From Pristiophorus japonicus (lineage: Eukaryota), in NCBI RefSeq assembly GCF_044704955.1, contig NC_091984.1:27280001-27344000 (forward strand): a stretch of DNA of 64,000 nucleotides, in the 5' to 3' direction. A program made the position numbers and the translations under genes. Position 1 is the stretch's first letter; each line of letters begins with the position of its first letter. Below are positions 61,545 through 64,000 of the stretch, one piece after another. The notes beneath the pieces are model-generated. The model was not told the DNA's origin. It worked only from the letters and a program-made list of their open reading frames with translations, and did not search any database.

Positions 61545-63100
61545 TAAGAACATTAGAACAGGAGTAGGCCATTGAACCCCTGGAGCTTGTTCCGCCATTT
61601 AATGCGATCATAGCTGATTTGTGACTGAACTCCATATACCGTCTCTGGCCCATATTCCTTAACCAAAAAGATATTAACAAAAATCTGGCAATCTCAGATT
61701 TAAAATGATCAATTGATCTAGCATCAATTGTCGTTTATGGAAGAGAATTCCAAACTTCTGCCACCCTTTGTGTGCAGAAATATTTCCCAATTCTACTCCT
61801 GAAAAGGTATGGCTCTAATTTTTAGACTACGCCCCCTAGTCCTTGACTCCACAACCAGCGGAAATAGTATCTCTCTCTCTCTATCCTATCTGTTTTTAAT
61901 ATCTTGAAAATTTTGATCAAATCACCCCTTAACTTTCTAAATTCTATGGGCTACAACCCCTGATTTGTGTGATCTGTCCTCATAAATTAACCCTTGGAGT
62001 CCAGGTACCATTATGGCAAACCTACACTGCACTCCCTCCAAGGCCAATATATCCTTACTAATATGTGGCGCCCAGAACTGCTCACAGTACTCCGGGTGTG
62101 GTCTAACTCAGTTTTTGTACAGCTGCAGCATAACTTCTATCCCCTTGTATTCTAGTCCTCTAGTTATAAAGGCCAGCATTCCATAAGGCCTTTTGATTAT
62201 TTTCTGTACCTGTTCGTGAAATTTTAATGATCTATGAACCTGGACCCTCAAGTCTCTTTGGACCTCTGCTGTTTTTAGGTTTTCCCCATTTAGAAAGTAC
62301 TTTGATCTATCCTTTTTAGTCCAAAGTGGATGACCATATGTTTGCTTACATTGAAATCTGTTTGCCATAGTTTTGCCCATTCACTTAATCTAGTAATATC
62401 ACTTTGTAATTTTATGCTTTCACCTGCACTGCATACAATTCCTGCTGCCTATCTTTGTGTCATCGGCAAATTTGGATATGTGGCTTTCTATGCCATCATC
62501 TAAGTCATTTATAAATAGTGTGAATAGTTGAGGACCCAACACAGATTCCTGCGGGACACCACTAGCCTCATCCTGCCTATTTGAGTACCTGCCTATTATC
62601 CCTACCTGCTGTCTCCTGCCGCTCAGCCAATTTCCTAACCAGGTCAATAATTTGCCCTCAATTCCATGAACTTCAACTTTAGTTAACAGTCTCTAATGAG
62701 GGACATTATCAAATGCTTTCTGGAAGTCCATACAAATAACATCCATAGACATTCCCCTGTCCACTACTTTAGTCATCTCTTCAAAAAGTTAAATCAGGTT
62801 TGTCAGGCATGACCTACCTTTCACAAATCTATGCTGTTCTTTCTGATCAGCTGAAAATTTTCAAGATGTTCAGTCACCCTATCCTTAATTGTAGACTCTT
62901 GTCTATTCCCGACAACAGATGTTAGGCCAACTAGTCTATAATTCCCTGGTTTCTTTCGCTCGCCATTCTTAAATAGCGGAGTGACCTGTGCATTTTTCCA
63001 ATCTGAATCGAGAGAACTTTGGAAGATTACAGTTACGGCATCTGCAATGCACCTATTTCCTTTAAAACCCTAGGATGGAAACCATCTGATCCTGGAGATA
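61545..63100 (-). mobile_element. Old 5'-truncated CR1
   Basis: SGVPQESVLGPQLFTLFINDLD...SKFADDTKI; aagaacattagaac tail. Confidence 0.85.
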
Positions 63101-64000
63101 GAACAGGTGGACATGACATTGGATGATGAGATTAGTAACGAGATAAGTGCATTTAAAATAAAAAGAGAGGATCTATTAAATAAACTAATCAAACTCGAAG
63201 AGGATAAAAAACCCTCGTCCGGATGGATTGCCTCCATGCATTTTAAAAGAATCTAGGGAAGAGATAGCAGAGGCATTACTACACATTTAATAATTCGTTA
63301 GAAAAAGGTATAGTGCCAAAGGACTGGCAGATAGCTAACTTACTGCCTATATTTAAGAAGGGGGATAGAACATTTCCAGGGAATTATAGACCTGTCAGCT
63401 TAACATGGTGGTAGGAAAAATAATAGAATTCCTACTAAAGGAGAAAATAAAAGAACATTTAGAAATCGAAAATATAATAATGAATAATCAGCATGGATTT
63501 AAATTTTTTGAAGAGGTACCCGAGAGAGTAGACAATGGTAATACAGTAGATGTAAGTTATCTAGATTTTCAAAAGGTCTTCGATTAGGCAACCCATAATA
63601 GACTGATGAACAAGATCAGAGAATGCGGAGTCAGGGGACAAGTAGCAGAATGGATAGCTGGCTAGCTTCAAGACAGAAAGCAGAGAGTAGAGGTAAAAGG
63701 GTAGCTATTCATAGTGGCAGAAGGTGTGGGTTGTATTGTTCCACAAGGATCAGTGCTAGGACTACTGTTCACAATTTATATTAATGATTTAGACTTTGGA
63801 ATCACAAACACAATTTCTAAATTTGCGGATGACTCCAAATTTGAGGGGCGGGGGAGGAGCGGATCGTCAATACGGAGGAGGACTGCAACAAATTACAGGA
63901 GGACATTAATAAACTTGCAGAATGGCCATATAATTGGCAAGTGAAGTTCAACACTGATAAATGTCAGGTATTACATTTTGGTAGGAAGAATAGGGAGGTC
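63101..64000 (+). mobile_element. Old CR1 RT region, running off the window
   Basis: [24 protein letters not shown] and SKFADDSK motifs. Confidence 0.85.

Noticed and set aside
50386-64000. Further CCDC18 exons
   Set aside because: The region is almost wholly assigned to LINE fragments and I found no coiled-coil exon with splice sites; a very short exon could have been missed.

Overview
This is eukaryotic vertebrate DNA, most likely from a cartilaginous fish (shark-type CR1/HER1-like LINEs and Deu-type SINEs); it is not a prokaryotic locus. The window is the interior of one + strand gene, a CCDC18 orthologue. Ten internal coding exons (9302-50385; 1534 bp, about 511 codons) splice into one open frame, the last of them ending in a GC donor; both ends of the gene lie outside the window. 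Nearly all other ORFs in the track are transposon fragments or antisense noise. The introns hold many nested CR1 LINEs, RTE LINEs, an RTE-tailed short element, L2, SINEs, two Gypsy remnants, a PIF/Harbinger element (transposase plus a spliced Myb/SANT gene) with related MITEs, a Tc1/mariner-type MITE and a fossil pogo transposase. The most unusual object is a 391-bp Gypsy derivative (33269-33659) whose right end is an inverted copy of its own LTR start and which is flanked by a perfect 5-bp TSD. I see no evidence for a new multi-gene system. Family names come from recalled motifs rather than database searches, and most repeat boundaries are approximate.
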